DNA of 64,000 nt, from assembly GCA_964016885.1 (NCBI GenBank), contig OZ024746.1, positions 31,682,001 through 31,746,000 on the forward strand, in the 5' to 3' direction. The notes under the pieces are model-generated. The model ran no database searches. It saw only the letters and a list, made by a program, of their open reading frames with translations, and was not told where the DNA came from. The first letter of the stretch is position 1. Every line of letters starts with the position of its first letter. This stretch comes from Eledone cirrhosa. Taxonomy: Eukaryota. This document shows, piece by piece, positions 11,613 through 22,709 of this stretch. The position numbers and the translations under genes were made by a program.

Positions 11613-11958
11613 CAATCTTTTGAACATAGTTTTGATTATTGTGTAATTTATAAATATATATATGTATTTATACACACAAATATGCATGTGTGAGAGTGTG
11701 TATGTCTACATGTATGTATATATCAAGTATTTATTTAAGAATATGTAACAGCTCATTAATTGTTATCTATTGATCTATCTGCTCATCCAGTTGTGTTTAT
11801 AAGGCTGTTCTATTCAATTTATGTCATCACCGAATAAATTCCAGTTGGCAGGCATATTCAAACAACAAAATGAATGAATAGAAACAACAACAACAAAGTG
11901 CACACAAAAAGGACAAAAGCAAATCAAAGTTATCTATTAAAATTATCATTTCCTTCAG

Positions 11959-12044
11959 CCTTCCCCCATCCACACCTTTCAAGATATAACTGAAGGTAGA
12001 CCAAACACTGTCAGTCACTCATTGTCAGTCAGGCCAAGATCCAG
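11959..12044 (+). other. Candidate isolated host exon (86 nt)
   Basis: Acceptor-like atttccttcag and donor-like CAG/gtatta enclose an open frame, PSPIHTFQDITEGRPNTVSHSLSVRPRS. No recognisable domain. Confidence 0.25.
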
Positions 12045-12059
12045 GTATTATATATATAT

Positions 12060-12250
12060 ATTCTTTTATTCTTTCGTTCTTTTACTGGTTTCAGTCATTA
12101 GACTGTGGCCATGCTGGGCTATCTTTTGGTAGCATTTAGTTGATTATATCAATCCCAGTACAATTTTATTTTTCCGAGTCTGGGATTTATTTTATTGTTT
12201 TTTTTTCTTTTTATGTTAAATCTCCAAGTTATAGGACATAAGCACTGATG
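12060..12250. mobile_element. Degenerate SINE-like interspersed repeat
   Basis: tactggtttcagtcattagactgtggccatgctggg recurs in diverged form at ~21180-21225 and ~25995-26040. Confidence 0.55.
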
Positions 12251-12299
12251 CATACACACACACACACACACACACACAATTACAAATAAATAAATAAAT

Positions 12300-13110
12300 C
12301 CTCCTCCTCATCATCATCATCATCGTTTAACGTCCATCTTCCACGCTAGCATGGGTTAGATGGGTCCCATTTAGAAGCAAGTTGTGTTGGGTGACCGTGT
12401 CTTGCTCATATTGGGGTGTTTCTATATATATATATATTAAGATTAAATGAGAAAAAACTCTAATTCTGGGAGTATAAACAAGGCAGACAAAAACATTTTT
12501 CTATCTAACTTTGCTTCTGATATATTTCTTTCATTAAGATGTTTGGGTATTAGAGACTAATTAACCTTTAATTAATATATATACACACACACATGTGTAT
12601 CCTCTTCATCTTCTGCCTCCTCATCATCATCATTAACGTCTGTTTTCCTCATATATCATTGTTTTATGTCTACTTTTGTATTGCGTGGGTTGGATGGGTC
12701 TTTTCCAGTACAGATTCCCTCCACTTGTGTTCCTGTGTGATCTCTTCTGTGAGGTTCAGTGATTTGAGATCAGCTCTCACAACTTCGGTCTAGGTCATAT
12801 TTGGTATTCTTCTCTTACAGCTTCCTTTCCACTGGGATTTCTTGGCACTTCTTCGCCCAAATATCATCATCCATATACATCACATGTCCATACCAGTGCA
12901 ATATTCTCTTTTGTACATTATCTCAGATCCTTCTTATACCTAATTTCTCTCTCAGCTTATTCATGCTTTGTTGCTCACACATATAAATATTATATATCCA
13001 TTGGGGCATGCTCGTTTCATTTTTCTCCAATGTTTGCATACCCTTAGCTTTTACTGTCCATGTTACACTACCATTCAACATCATACATATATAAATATAT
13101 ATCATCATCA
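12300..13110 (-). mobile_element. Old RTE 3' fragments with (CAT)n tails
   Basis: catcatcgtttaacgtcc...gctagcatgggtt tail at 12309-12365 and a second tail at ~12620. ORF 12923..13114 (GSVTW...LEKNETSM...LREKLGIR) is a decayed RTE C-terminus. Confidence 0.8.
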
Positions 13111-13490
13111 CCATTTTTCCATGCTAGCATGGTTTAAAGTTTAAACCATTCGTTTAAACTTTAAACGAATTGTCCCGTTGTGAGACAAGTCAGATCAGAT
13201 GACCATGTCTTGCTCATACAGGACTGTCTCTGGCTTGGTTTTTACAGCTGGATGCCTTTCCTGATGCCAACCACATTTACAGCATGGACTAGGTGCATTT
13301 CATTGTGGCACCAAGACGACCACTTTACAGTGTGGACATGGCACTCTTTGTCATGGCACCAAAATGACCACTTAACATTGAGGACTGGTAAAGATTGGAG
13401 AGGTACGTCTAGGGTGAGGCACTTAGCTGGTTAAGGGTGGCATGATAGGAAGTGGGAACTGTATAGAAGAAGGAAGGGGAAGTACAGGGC
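13101..13490 (-). mobile_element. RTE/SINE-type 3' module with (CAT)n tail
   Basis: tttacagctggatgcctttcctgatgccaaccacatttacag matches the 3' UTR module of RTE copies 1-3. Confidence 0.7.
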
Positions 13491-13494
13491 TGTC

Positions 13495-13642
13495 TAGTTT
13501 CTGCTTACCAAATTGCACTCACAAAGCATTGGTCGATCTAAAACTATAGTAGAGCTTGCCCATGGTACCACACAGTGGGGCTGAAACTCAAACTATTTGG
13601 TTGTGAAACAAACTACTTAACCACACAGCCATGCCTTTGCCT
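13495..13642 (-). mobile_element. SINE 5' (tRNA-like) fragment
   Basis: Minus strand reads ggcatggctgtgtggttaagtagtttg...gagtttcagccccactg (A/B-box-like). A related fragment lies at ~20770-20890. Confidence 0.6.
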
Positions 13643-14186
13643 ATATATCTACAAATGTGTTCTATTAAGATTCCCACAATGAAAATCTCTCACTCTACTG
13701 AAGTTAAGGATTATATTATATTCTCTTATGACCTTTGCAAAATGTCTGAATGATGTTGTCGCATGATTCCAATGGACAGAATTACAAATGTGTTACCTCT
13801 GAAGATAGCAAGGGAGATTTATTGGAAGAAGATTTACTCTACCATGCAGGGGTTGTTCTTGCAGAAAATTGGGCCACAAGTGACAGGACTGGATGCTTCA
13901 ATTAGTTATTTCTTTAAATAACCTTTTTCTGTTATGGCTAGCCATGCTCATGCAACACAAATGAAAGATGTTTAGATCACATGATGCCTGTGCTGGAAGT
14001 TTTTAAGTGAAAAAAGGCGTTGCACTGAACCAGTTCCATTCTTTGAACAATGGTAACAGGTATCCAAAAGGAACAGGTCAACATTATTTGGTGCCAGCAT
14101 CGTGTAAATTTTACATCAGAATTCTCATTCTCCTAACAAGAACTAGGGGTCTCTCACTTCCAGTGGGCTAACTGCATGCTCTAAAC

Positions 14187-14927
14187 CACAGGTTCTCAAC
14201 CCATTTAGGCCAAAGCCCCCTTTTGTCCCTCGAAATAACGAAATTCCCCCTATCCTATTTTTCCATTTTTCAATATACTACTGATTTTGATATCCTTATG
14301 TGTTGCATGTGGTCCTAGATGTGTGTATTACCTGCTCATATGTTGTATGTGGTCGTATATGTGTGTATTACCTGCTTATGTGTTGTATGTGGTCCTAGAT
14401 GTGTGTATTATCTGATTATGTGTTGTATGTGGTCCTAGATGTGTGTGCTACCCGCTTCTGGGATTTTTTTTGATATTTTTTATTTGTAATATTATTTATA
14501 CAATAGGAAATAAAATAGATCTACATAGTGTTAAGTCGTTACGGTTGAGTCAATAATTTCAGATATGAAATACATTGTTATCAGTGAAGGAAAGACAAGA
14601 TTCTAACTGGCTGCGCTTGAAGTGTCCTTGACCCAGTTGACTGTGGGTTTTTCCATTGTTAGGATCTCAATTGCCGGGTAATGTCTAAACACGCCTGCAC
14701 ACCTGCAGTCAGACTATAGTTATGCTGTCTGCATGCTCATTCAAGTGCATTCACACTGGCTGTCTCAAAGACATACAAATATGGTTTATAAAACTTACTA
14801 AAGTAAAGAGCCTTCCAGTGCACTCCAAAGCTCCAAACGCCCCCCTAATGACCCCTTGCTCCCAAACGCCCCCCTGGAGTTCCAAAACGCCCCTGGGGGT
14901 GCATATGCCCCCCGTTGAGAACCTTTG
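14187..14927. mobile_element. Non-autonomous hAT (Charlie-like) DNA transposon / MITE
   Basis: TIRs CACAGGTTCTCAAC and GTTGAGAACCTTTG (13/14 match). Perfect 8-bp TSD ctctaaac at 14179-14186 and 14928-14935. Confidence 0.88.
14296..14456. repeat. ~40-bp tandem minisatellite (4 copies) inside the MITE
   Basis: Unit ttatgtgttgtatgtggtcctagatgtgtgtattacctgc. Confidence 0.85.
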
Positions 14928-14971
14928 CTCTAAACCAAATATTTCAATGTACCTGTGCATTCGTATATATT

Positions 14972-14973
<2 letters not shown>

Positions 14974-15027
<54 letters not shown>
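14974..15027. repeat. (TA)n microsatellite
   Basis: Direct reading. Confidence 0.95.
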
Positions 15028-15030
<3 letters not shown>

Positions 15031-15401
15031 AAGCAGAAAATTGCTTTTTGTGATCCAGTTCGTGGTTAAGAAAGCCAGTTTCATGGATGGTTTCAACGTA
15101 CGGTTTGTCACTCTACTTCCTAACTCTTCCCCTTTCCTCTCTCTCTCTATACTATTCCGTTTGTCCCCTCACCTTCTGATTCCTCCCTCTCTATACTAGT
15201 AAATACAATTCCAAATAAATGTTTTTCTCTATATATTAAGAATTATTTCAAGAGTAACTTACTCACTATTTTGAAAATTTGGACTGTGAACAACAATTAT
15301 AATTGAGTGGGTGCTATTTGCAGTATAGCAATATAAGGTTGCACTTACCAATGAAACGGTTGTAAATACCTGGATAAAATCCTTCTCTTAATGCTTACCT
15401 G

Positions 15402-16677
15402 TGTTTTCTCTTTTATACTATATATATATATATAGTATAAAAGAGAAAACAGTGTTGAACAAAAAAGTGACGTGGTTGCCTAAACACTGTACGGCGTAAT
15501 TCGGGCTGTTTGTTTGTTTACAAACAAACAAACCGAGCATTATAATAAATGTTCGGTAAACCAATACATGCATATATATGTGTGTGCATGTATGTATATA
15601 TATACATACTACTGTACGTCTGTATACATATATTTATGTACGTATACATACATACTTGCATTTAAGTAAGTGCCGTACTAAGAGTGAGAAATGAAATTTC
15701 GTTTCATTTCTCATACTTAAATGCAAGTATGTATGTATACGTACATACATATATGTATACAGACGTACAGTAGTATGTATATATACACATACATGCACAC
15801 ACATTTATATGCACATATCGTTTTACCGAACATTTATTATAATTGCTCGGTTTGTTTGTTTGTAAACAAACCGAGCAATTATAATAAATGTAAACAAACA
15901 AACAGCCCGAATTACGCTGTACAGTGTTTAGGCAACCACGTCACCTTTTTGTTCAACACTGACACAGGAACGATGTACTAGTTTCAAGCTTATTAGCTAT
16001 CGTCAGCATCGTATACCTTCCTGCCAGATGGTTGAACTTTCCTTATGCATATTAACGGCTGAGCAGCCCAATTTGCATATCGAGTGAGTTCAGTCGGCCG
16101 GGCACACCGAAAACTATAAATGGAATAGAATGAAACGAAATTTCATTTCTCACTCTTAAATGCATGTATGTATGTATACGTACATACATATATGTATACA
16201 GACGTACAGTAGTATGTATATATATACATACATGCACACACATATATATATGCACGTATCGGTTTACCGAACATTTATTATAATGCTCGGTTTGTTTGTT
16301 TGTAAACAAACAAACAGCCCGAATTACGCTGTACAGTGTTTAGGCAACCATGTCACTCGATATGCAAATTAGGCTGCTCAGCCGTTAATATACATAAGGA
16401 AAGTATATACTTTCAGACGGTCAACCATCTGGCAGGAAGGTATACGATGCTGACGATAGCTAATAAGCTTCGTTCCTGTGTCAGTGTTGAACAAAAAGGT
16501 GACGTGGTTGCCTAAACACTGTACGGCCTAATTCGGGCTGTTTGTTTGTTTACAAACAAACAAACCGAGCATTATAATAAATGTTCGGTAAACCGATACG
16601 TGCATATATATATGTGTGTGCATGTATGTATATATATATATACATACTACTGTACGTCTGTATACATATATGTATGT
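15402..16677. repeat. Fold-back / inverted-duplication complex
   Basis: A 50-bp perfect palindrome at 15402-15451, then a ~250-bp block A in the order A, A', A', A and a ~130-bp block B as B', B. Confidence 0.9.
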
Positions 16678-19600
16678 CATCATCATCATCATCATCAACG
16701 TTTAACGTCCGTGTTCCACGCTTGCATGGGTTTGGACGGGGGTTTTCCCACTTGAGGCAAGAGTAATTGTCTTGGTCGCATAGGACTGTCTGGCAGGTTT
16801 TCTACAGTTGGATGCCCTTCCTAACACCAACCACATTTACAGTGTGGGTCTGGGAGGTTTTTACCGTGTTGCCTACACGGCCACATTACAGCGTGGACTG
16901 TGTGTTTTTTGTCGTGACACCTACACGATCTCATTTGTTTCGGCCTGGATGGTGTGGCACCAACATAACTTTACATAGAAGGGGGCGGTGTGGATGGGGT
17001 GGGACGGGGGTGTATTTTGTTAGTGATGCCTACTGACTAGTAGGTTTTACTTTGTATTTAGGTAAGGCGGGTCTTCTCTGTTACTGAGTACCGCCAAAGG
17101 TCTCGGTCCAGTGACATTGTCTTGGAGAGGTGTAAGTGTGTGAGGTCGGAATTTATCAGCTCGTCCCAGGTTTTCCTGGGTCTGCCTACTCCGTGGCTAC
17201 CATCTATCTCTATTGCCCTGCACTTTGTTATACAGCTGTCATCTTTCATGCGCATCACGTGACCATACCAACGTAGCCTTTTCTCGAGTAAACAACATCT
17301 GATCCCTCTTATTTCTAATTTTTTCCTTAGTTCGTTTATGCTTTGCCGTTCACGTATATTACTATTACACATCCAGCGGAGCATGCAAGCTTCGTTCCTC
17401 TCTAGTCTGCGTATATCCTCTGCACACAATGCCCAGGTCTAACTGCCATGCAACATTGCTGTTCGTATGCAGGCATCATACAACCTGCCTTTCATTTTTA
17501 GGGACAACCCTTTAGCGGCTTATAGTGGTATAAGCTCTCTGAACTTTTTCCATCCAGTTCTGACTCTAGCTACTGTACTTTCAGAGCACCTTCCCCCACT
17601 GCTGATTTTGTCACCCAGGTAACGGAAGCTGTCCACTATTTCTATAGAGCCCTCTGCGCAGTTGAAAGAGCTAGTATTCTGTGGGCACTTGCTGCTACTT
17701 ATTGCACCAGAGCACCGGCCACATGTAAAATCTATGTTCTTAGTTAGCTTACCTGTGATCCCACTACATCTTTTATGCACCCATACTTTGCATTTCTGAC
17801 ACAAAATGGAGTTTCTACCTACGCCTTTCCTACACACTGAGCATGGCCACTTCCCGGAAGGGACCGCCGCCTTATTTTCTTTCCTACAAACTAGAACTTT
17901 AGTCTTAGCCAGGTTAATTTTAAGGCCTTTTGATTCTAGGCCGTGCTTCCATGTTTGGAATTTCTTCTCTAGTTCGGTCATTGATTCAGCTATGAGCGTT
18001 AGATCATCTGCGTATAGGAGTTCCCATGGGCAGCCGGTCTTGAACTCCTCTGTTATAGCCTGAAGGGCAATAATAAATAGTAGGGGGCTAAGAACAGAGC
18101 CCTGATGGACACCAACTTTTACGCTAAACTCTTCACTATATTCGTTGTTAATTCTAACCTTGCTGACTGTTTCTTTATACATGGCTTGTATAGCTCTCAC
18201 AAGCCATTCGTCAACACCTAGTTTTCTAAGAGCCCACCAGATAATGGAACGGGGGACTCTGTCGAAGGCTTTCTCCAAGTCGACAAAAGCTAAGTATAGG
18301 GGTTTACTTTTAGCTAGGTACTGCTCCTGTAGTTGTCGTACAATGGAAAGAGCGTCTGTGGTACTTTTGCCTGACACAAACCCGAACTGCATTTCATCGA
18401 GGTCAATTCTCTCTCTGATTAGTTGCGCTATTACTTTTTCCGTGACCTTCATGACCTGGTCGATTAATTTAATGCCTCTATAGTTACTCCTATCTAGGGC
18501 ATCTCCTTTACCCTTATAACAGTTAACGATGATGCTGCTACGCCAGTCCTTCGGAACAACCCCATTCTGTACGACTTGGTTAACTATCCAGGTGACCATG
18601 GTGTGTCCCACCGTGCCAGATGCCTTCAGCATCTCAGCAACTATTTCCGAAGGCCCAGCTGCCTTACCCGTCTTCATATCCTTGATTGCCTTACTTATTA
18701 TACTACCCTCGACTAACACTGCTGGTCCCTCTATTGGGTCGATGTGGGGGAGACTGTCTTTCTCCCATTTATTCTCCTTATTTAGTAGCCTTTCATAGTG
18801 ACACTTCCAAGCTACCTTCTTATCAGTGTCGGTGATGGCAAGTACGCCGTCATCATTAAGTACACACTTCTCCCCGACAATATCACGGTTTTCCTTGACA
18901 CATTGCCTAGCAATCCTGAACACCTCACGTTTTTGGTCCTCGCATTGTAGAACATGCTTGAACTTTCTTTCCTCTGCTTCTCTTCTTGCGAAGTACACTT
19001 GTCTCCTAGCTTCCCATCCCGCCATACTTTCCAAGCCTGCTTTTTGGCCTTAATTGACCCCTCCACCTTACTGTTCCACCACCATGTTACTCTCCTCCTG
19101 CCTACAGGCCTGCTCCAGCCACAGACTTCGTCTGCCGTCATCAGCAGGTTTGCTTTCAGGAATTCCCACTGCACCTCTATATTGTACGACTCTAATTGCT
19201 CTTCCTTACTGTCGAAAGCATCAAGTAGTATGCTTTGAAATTTATTTCTGGTTGTGGGGTCCTTTAGCTTCCATATTTTTCTCCTGAGGATAGTCCTCTT
19301 CTGTTGTCTAGTACGTCTCGTCCTGACTATTAGGTCGCTAATTATCAGTTTATGTTGGGAGGTGCATTCTTCATGGGGGAGGGATTTAGTGTTTACAACA
19401 GACACTCTGTCACGTCTTCTGGTAAGGATATAATCTACCTGGCTTGTGTGTTCCCCGGATCTATAGGTGATCAGGTGATTGTCACGTTTTTTGAAGTTAG
19501 TGTTACAGATAGTTAGGTTATTTGCGTCACAGAATTCCAGGATTCTGGAGCCTTCCTCATTTCTAGTACCAAACCCATAGCCTCCATGGATTTCGTCGTA

Positions 19601-20398
19601 GCCGTCACAATGTTGTCCAACGTGACCATTTAGGTCGCCTGCAATAATTATATAGTCACTGTCGGTTATTTGGGAGGTAGTGAGCATCAGTGTCTCATAG
19701 AATCTGTCTTTTATAGTGCCGGGCAGTCCGGATTGGGGTGCGTACGCAGATATTATTGGCACCGTAGTTCTATTGAGGACAAGTCTTATTTTAATTATTC
19801 TGTCGTTCACTCTATTTACGTCTATTATCTTATCTGCCCACTTTTCTGCTACCATGATTCCTACTCCACCCAGCCCATCGTCATTTCCCACCCAGAAAAG
19901 CTTATAGCATCGTTTTTTACCCTCAATGAATCTAGCAGACCCACCCATCCACCTGGTCTCTTGAATACAACAAACATCGACCTCCTTACGTTCGAGCATT
20001 TCTACAACTTCGTTAGAGCGACCCTTTAAGGTGCCTACATTCATGGTACCAACTCTGAAGTTTTGGATTGCGTTTGGAGGGTGGGAGCGGTGGGGAGCGG
20101 GGGGAGATGGGGTTATGTTAGCCATCCGCGGCCGAAACAAAGAGGAGTGCTCGCATTCTCGTCCACGAGGTGAATTTGTCTTTATCTTTGTCATTGTCGC
20201 TGAGCGTCCAGATTTTTCTCTCTTCCACTCTCCAGAATTCCGTAGTCCATCCATCATATATCGAAAGGCAACCAGGTAAGCGATAGTATAGGCCTCTGGC
20301 TTATGATTGGTCCACGTAATAATAATGGTGGTGCGTGGGGGCGGGAGGGAGGGGTGTTGGGTAGTTAGCGAGAAGGTAAGGTTTGAATGAGGACGTAT
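16678..20398 (-). mobile_element. RTE-clade LINE copy 2, near full length
   Basis: (CAT)n tail at 16678-16696, ~360-nt 3' UTR, and a single APE-RT ORF at ~17058-20257. Confidence 0.95.
17058..20257 (-). pseudogene. RTE ORF (APE + RT with embedded PHD finger), disrupted by a 34-bp deletion (~19014) and stops (~17520, ~17440)
   Basis: MNVGTL, CIQETRW, SAYAPQ, GDLNGHVG, QVDYIL, SQHKL (APE); NYRGIKL, QFGF, DLEKAFDRVP, GVHQGSVLSP, YADD, FRYLG (RT). Confidence 0.93.
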
Positions 20399-20429
20399 AT
20401 ATACTATATATATATATATATATATATAT

Positions 20430-20640
20430 ATGACTCTCCAAGATGGCTTAGTGAATACACACGTGTGTTTTTTTCTCCCCTTGTTCTTTCCTCTAATCAC
20501 TCTACTTTCTATTTAGTTTCTATTTCTAACTCCATCTTCTGATGAAGGACTAGCGTCTGAAATATTAAGACTCTCTTCCTGCTGTTTCAAGCATTAAATT
20601 AATATATTTCATCCTTGTACTATGGCGTTTATTTTCTTAT
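20430..20640 (+). mobile_element. Probable Penelope-like terminal repeat remnant with degenerate minimal hammerhead (20535-20570)
   Basis: tctt-CTGATGA-aggac[tagc]gtct-GAAA-tatt-aaga in pyrimidine-rich context. Confidence 0.5.
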
Positions 20641-20664
20641 TTTAAAAATTTCTGTTTGCCTTTT

Positions 20665-20729
20665 ACACACATACATGCACACGCGCACGCGCGCGCGCAC
20701 ACACACACGCGCGCGCACACACACACACG

Positions 20730-20760
<31 letters not shown>

Positions 20761-20762
20761 CA
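20665..20762. repeat. (CA)n/(CG)n alternating purine-pyrimidine microsatellite
   Basis: Direct reading. Confidence 0.9.
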
Positions 20763-21269
20763 TATTTTACTTGCAAGTTGTCGGTTGATCAGAAGCTATA
20801 GTAAAAGACTGAAGGTGGCACACCGGGTGTATTGGAGTATTGAACCTACAAACTACAAGGCTGCAGCAACAGACATGTTCAACAGCCACTCATGGACAAC
20901 AGATGCCATCTAAAATTTCATCTAAATTGAAGTTATTTCCCCGGGCTAATAATACCCCAGTTAATTGTAATGTTGGCCAACCACATCATTAATTTAACAT
21001 TAATGTTAGAATAGTAAACACGATACTCTATTATCTATTATCACTGGAATAATTTTTCAAAGAAATGATATATCCAGTTCTAGAATAATGAGAACAGATA
21101 TCATAACTGCTAACATTTACCTGTAGATTATAATGTCTTATGCAATCACAAACAATTTATTGGGATTTATTCATTCTGCTACTGGTTTTAGTTATTAGAC
21201 TGTTGCCTTACTGGGCACCTTGAAGAGATTTAGATAATCATACAGACCACAGGAGCAAGTTTTTATCAA

Positions 21270-21595
21270 AAACAATCAAGAATTTGGGGGGATTCAGTAG
21301 TAAAACTAACTTTCTCATTCTTAAATTAGTGTTTGGAACATAAGATTATGATTGAATGTCTTTAAATAAGTATAAACTCATTTACAGTTTTGTCATCATA
21401 TCTATAATGAAATACACTGCCTATGATTTTCAACTAATTTAGAAAATAATCTAGTTGTAGGAATATAACTTAACAAAGGTTCTTACATAAAATTACGATG
21501 GGAGACTTTTAGATAAAAACAAGCACTTTAAAATAAATAGTTTTGTATTGTAGAATCTCGGGCAGTCGCAGGTGGTTTGTTAAGTAAAGGGTTAA
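21270..21595. mobile_element. Possible piggyBac-like MITE terminal fragment
   Basis: Ends in aaagggTTAA (CCC terminus plus TTAA). The partner end was not found. Confidence 0.3.
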
Positions 21596-21779
21596 AAGGA
21601 ATGATCAACAGAAAAAGTACATAGCTAATATTAGCCCAACATTCAACTTATTCAACTATTTCTCTGTCTTCCCTCTCTAGTCTAGGAAAGTCATACTATT
21701 TCTTTCTATTTCTCTGGGAAACTGATCCTACTTTTCACTATCTTCTCTCACTAGTCTAGAAAATGTTCTTATTTCTAGG

Positions 21780-22230
21780 TTAGAGATAACTCTCCTGTCT
21801 GGCTGAGTATATGACAATCTATGCATTGCTAGTTCTACAATAAAATGCACCCAGTACACCCTATAAAGTGTCAATGCTAGAGCCACAATAAAATGCATCC
21901 AGTGCACTCTGTAAAGTGGTAGTGTTGGTGCCACAATAAATTGTACTCAGTCCACCCTGAAAAGTGTTTGTGGCACCCTGCAAATGCACCCAATATACTG
22001 TATAAGGTGAATGGCATTAGGAAGGACATCTAGCCATAGAATCATTCCAAATATGGAATGTATGAGCTAGATAAGATCTCTCTAACCTTCCTGGTCTCAA
22101 ACGGTGACAACCTCTCCATCAAAAACCAACATCGAAAGGGGATGTAAAATAATGATGGTAGTGTTGACGATGGTGAGGATGATGGTGATAATGATAATGA
22201 TGATGATGATGATGATGATGATAATGATTA
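21780..22230 (+). mobile_element. Degenerate SINE with internal ~50-bp tandem repeats and (GAT)n tail
   Basis: About four copies of cacaataaaatgcacccagtacac.ct.taaagtg (21835-22010), then ggcattaggaaggacatctagcc, then (GAT)n at 22150-22230. Confidence 0.7.
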
Positions 22231-22709
22231 TTTGGTGTCTCTATTGCTTTGCCTAAAAAATATTTCTTTTTTTCTCTATGTCCATCTATTCCCAAAGAAA
22301 ATGTCTCTTTTCCCTCGTTATTTTCACAAATTTGCCTAAGAAATCATTCTCTTTTCTCTCTTTCCCCACCTTCCCAGATTTTAATTACATGTCTTCTACT
22401 AATGATCATATCTCAAACCATTTAGCATGTGCTTAAATCGTTTAGCTAAGTTAGAAAATTACAAGTTTAGATACAAAGTCCAGATTATATTATAATGTAG
22501 TAATATATACTGATTTTTATTGCAATTATCCGAATAAAGTATAATGAAAGAATAAAATTATGGTTTTCTCACAAGTTTTTCAATTGTTTGGCTTCACTGC
22601 TGTCCATGTCAAACTTGCTGTAATTATATATTTTGTCTCAGTAGCCATTGCTAGTAGTGCCATTGCTAGTGGTGCCATTGTTATTATATATATATATATA
22701 TAATAGCAA

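Noticed and set aside
13650-14178. Possible coding or transposase remnant
   Set aside because: No ORF of 60 aa or more and no recognisable motif on manual translation, so it is left unclassified.
15340-15400. Minus-strand CAG/GTATTTACAACCGTTTCATTG/GTAAGT as a micro-exon or spliced-leader RNA
   Set aside because: No Sm site or SL hairpins could be supported, and the context looks like decayed interspersed repeat.
16070-16372. Octamer motif ATGCAAAT in both orientations as an snRNA enhancer
   Set aside because: The two copies result from the inverted duplication, and no PSE or snRNA body was found.
18812-20500. N-terminal ~80 aa of the 562-aa ORF as part of the RTE protein
   Set aside because: It reads through flanking (TA)n and non-element DNA. 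The element ORF probably starts at 20257 or later.
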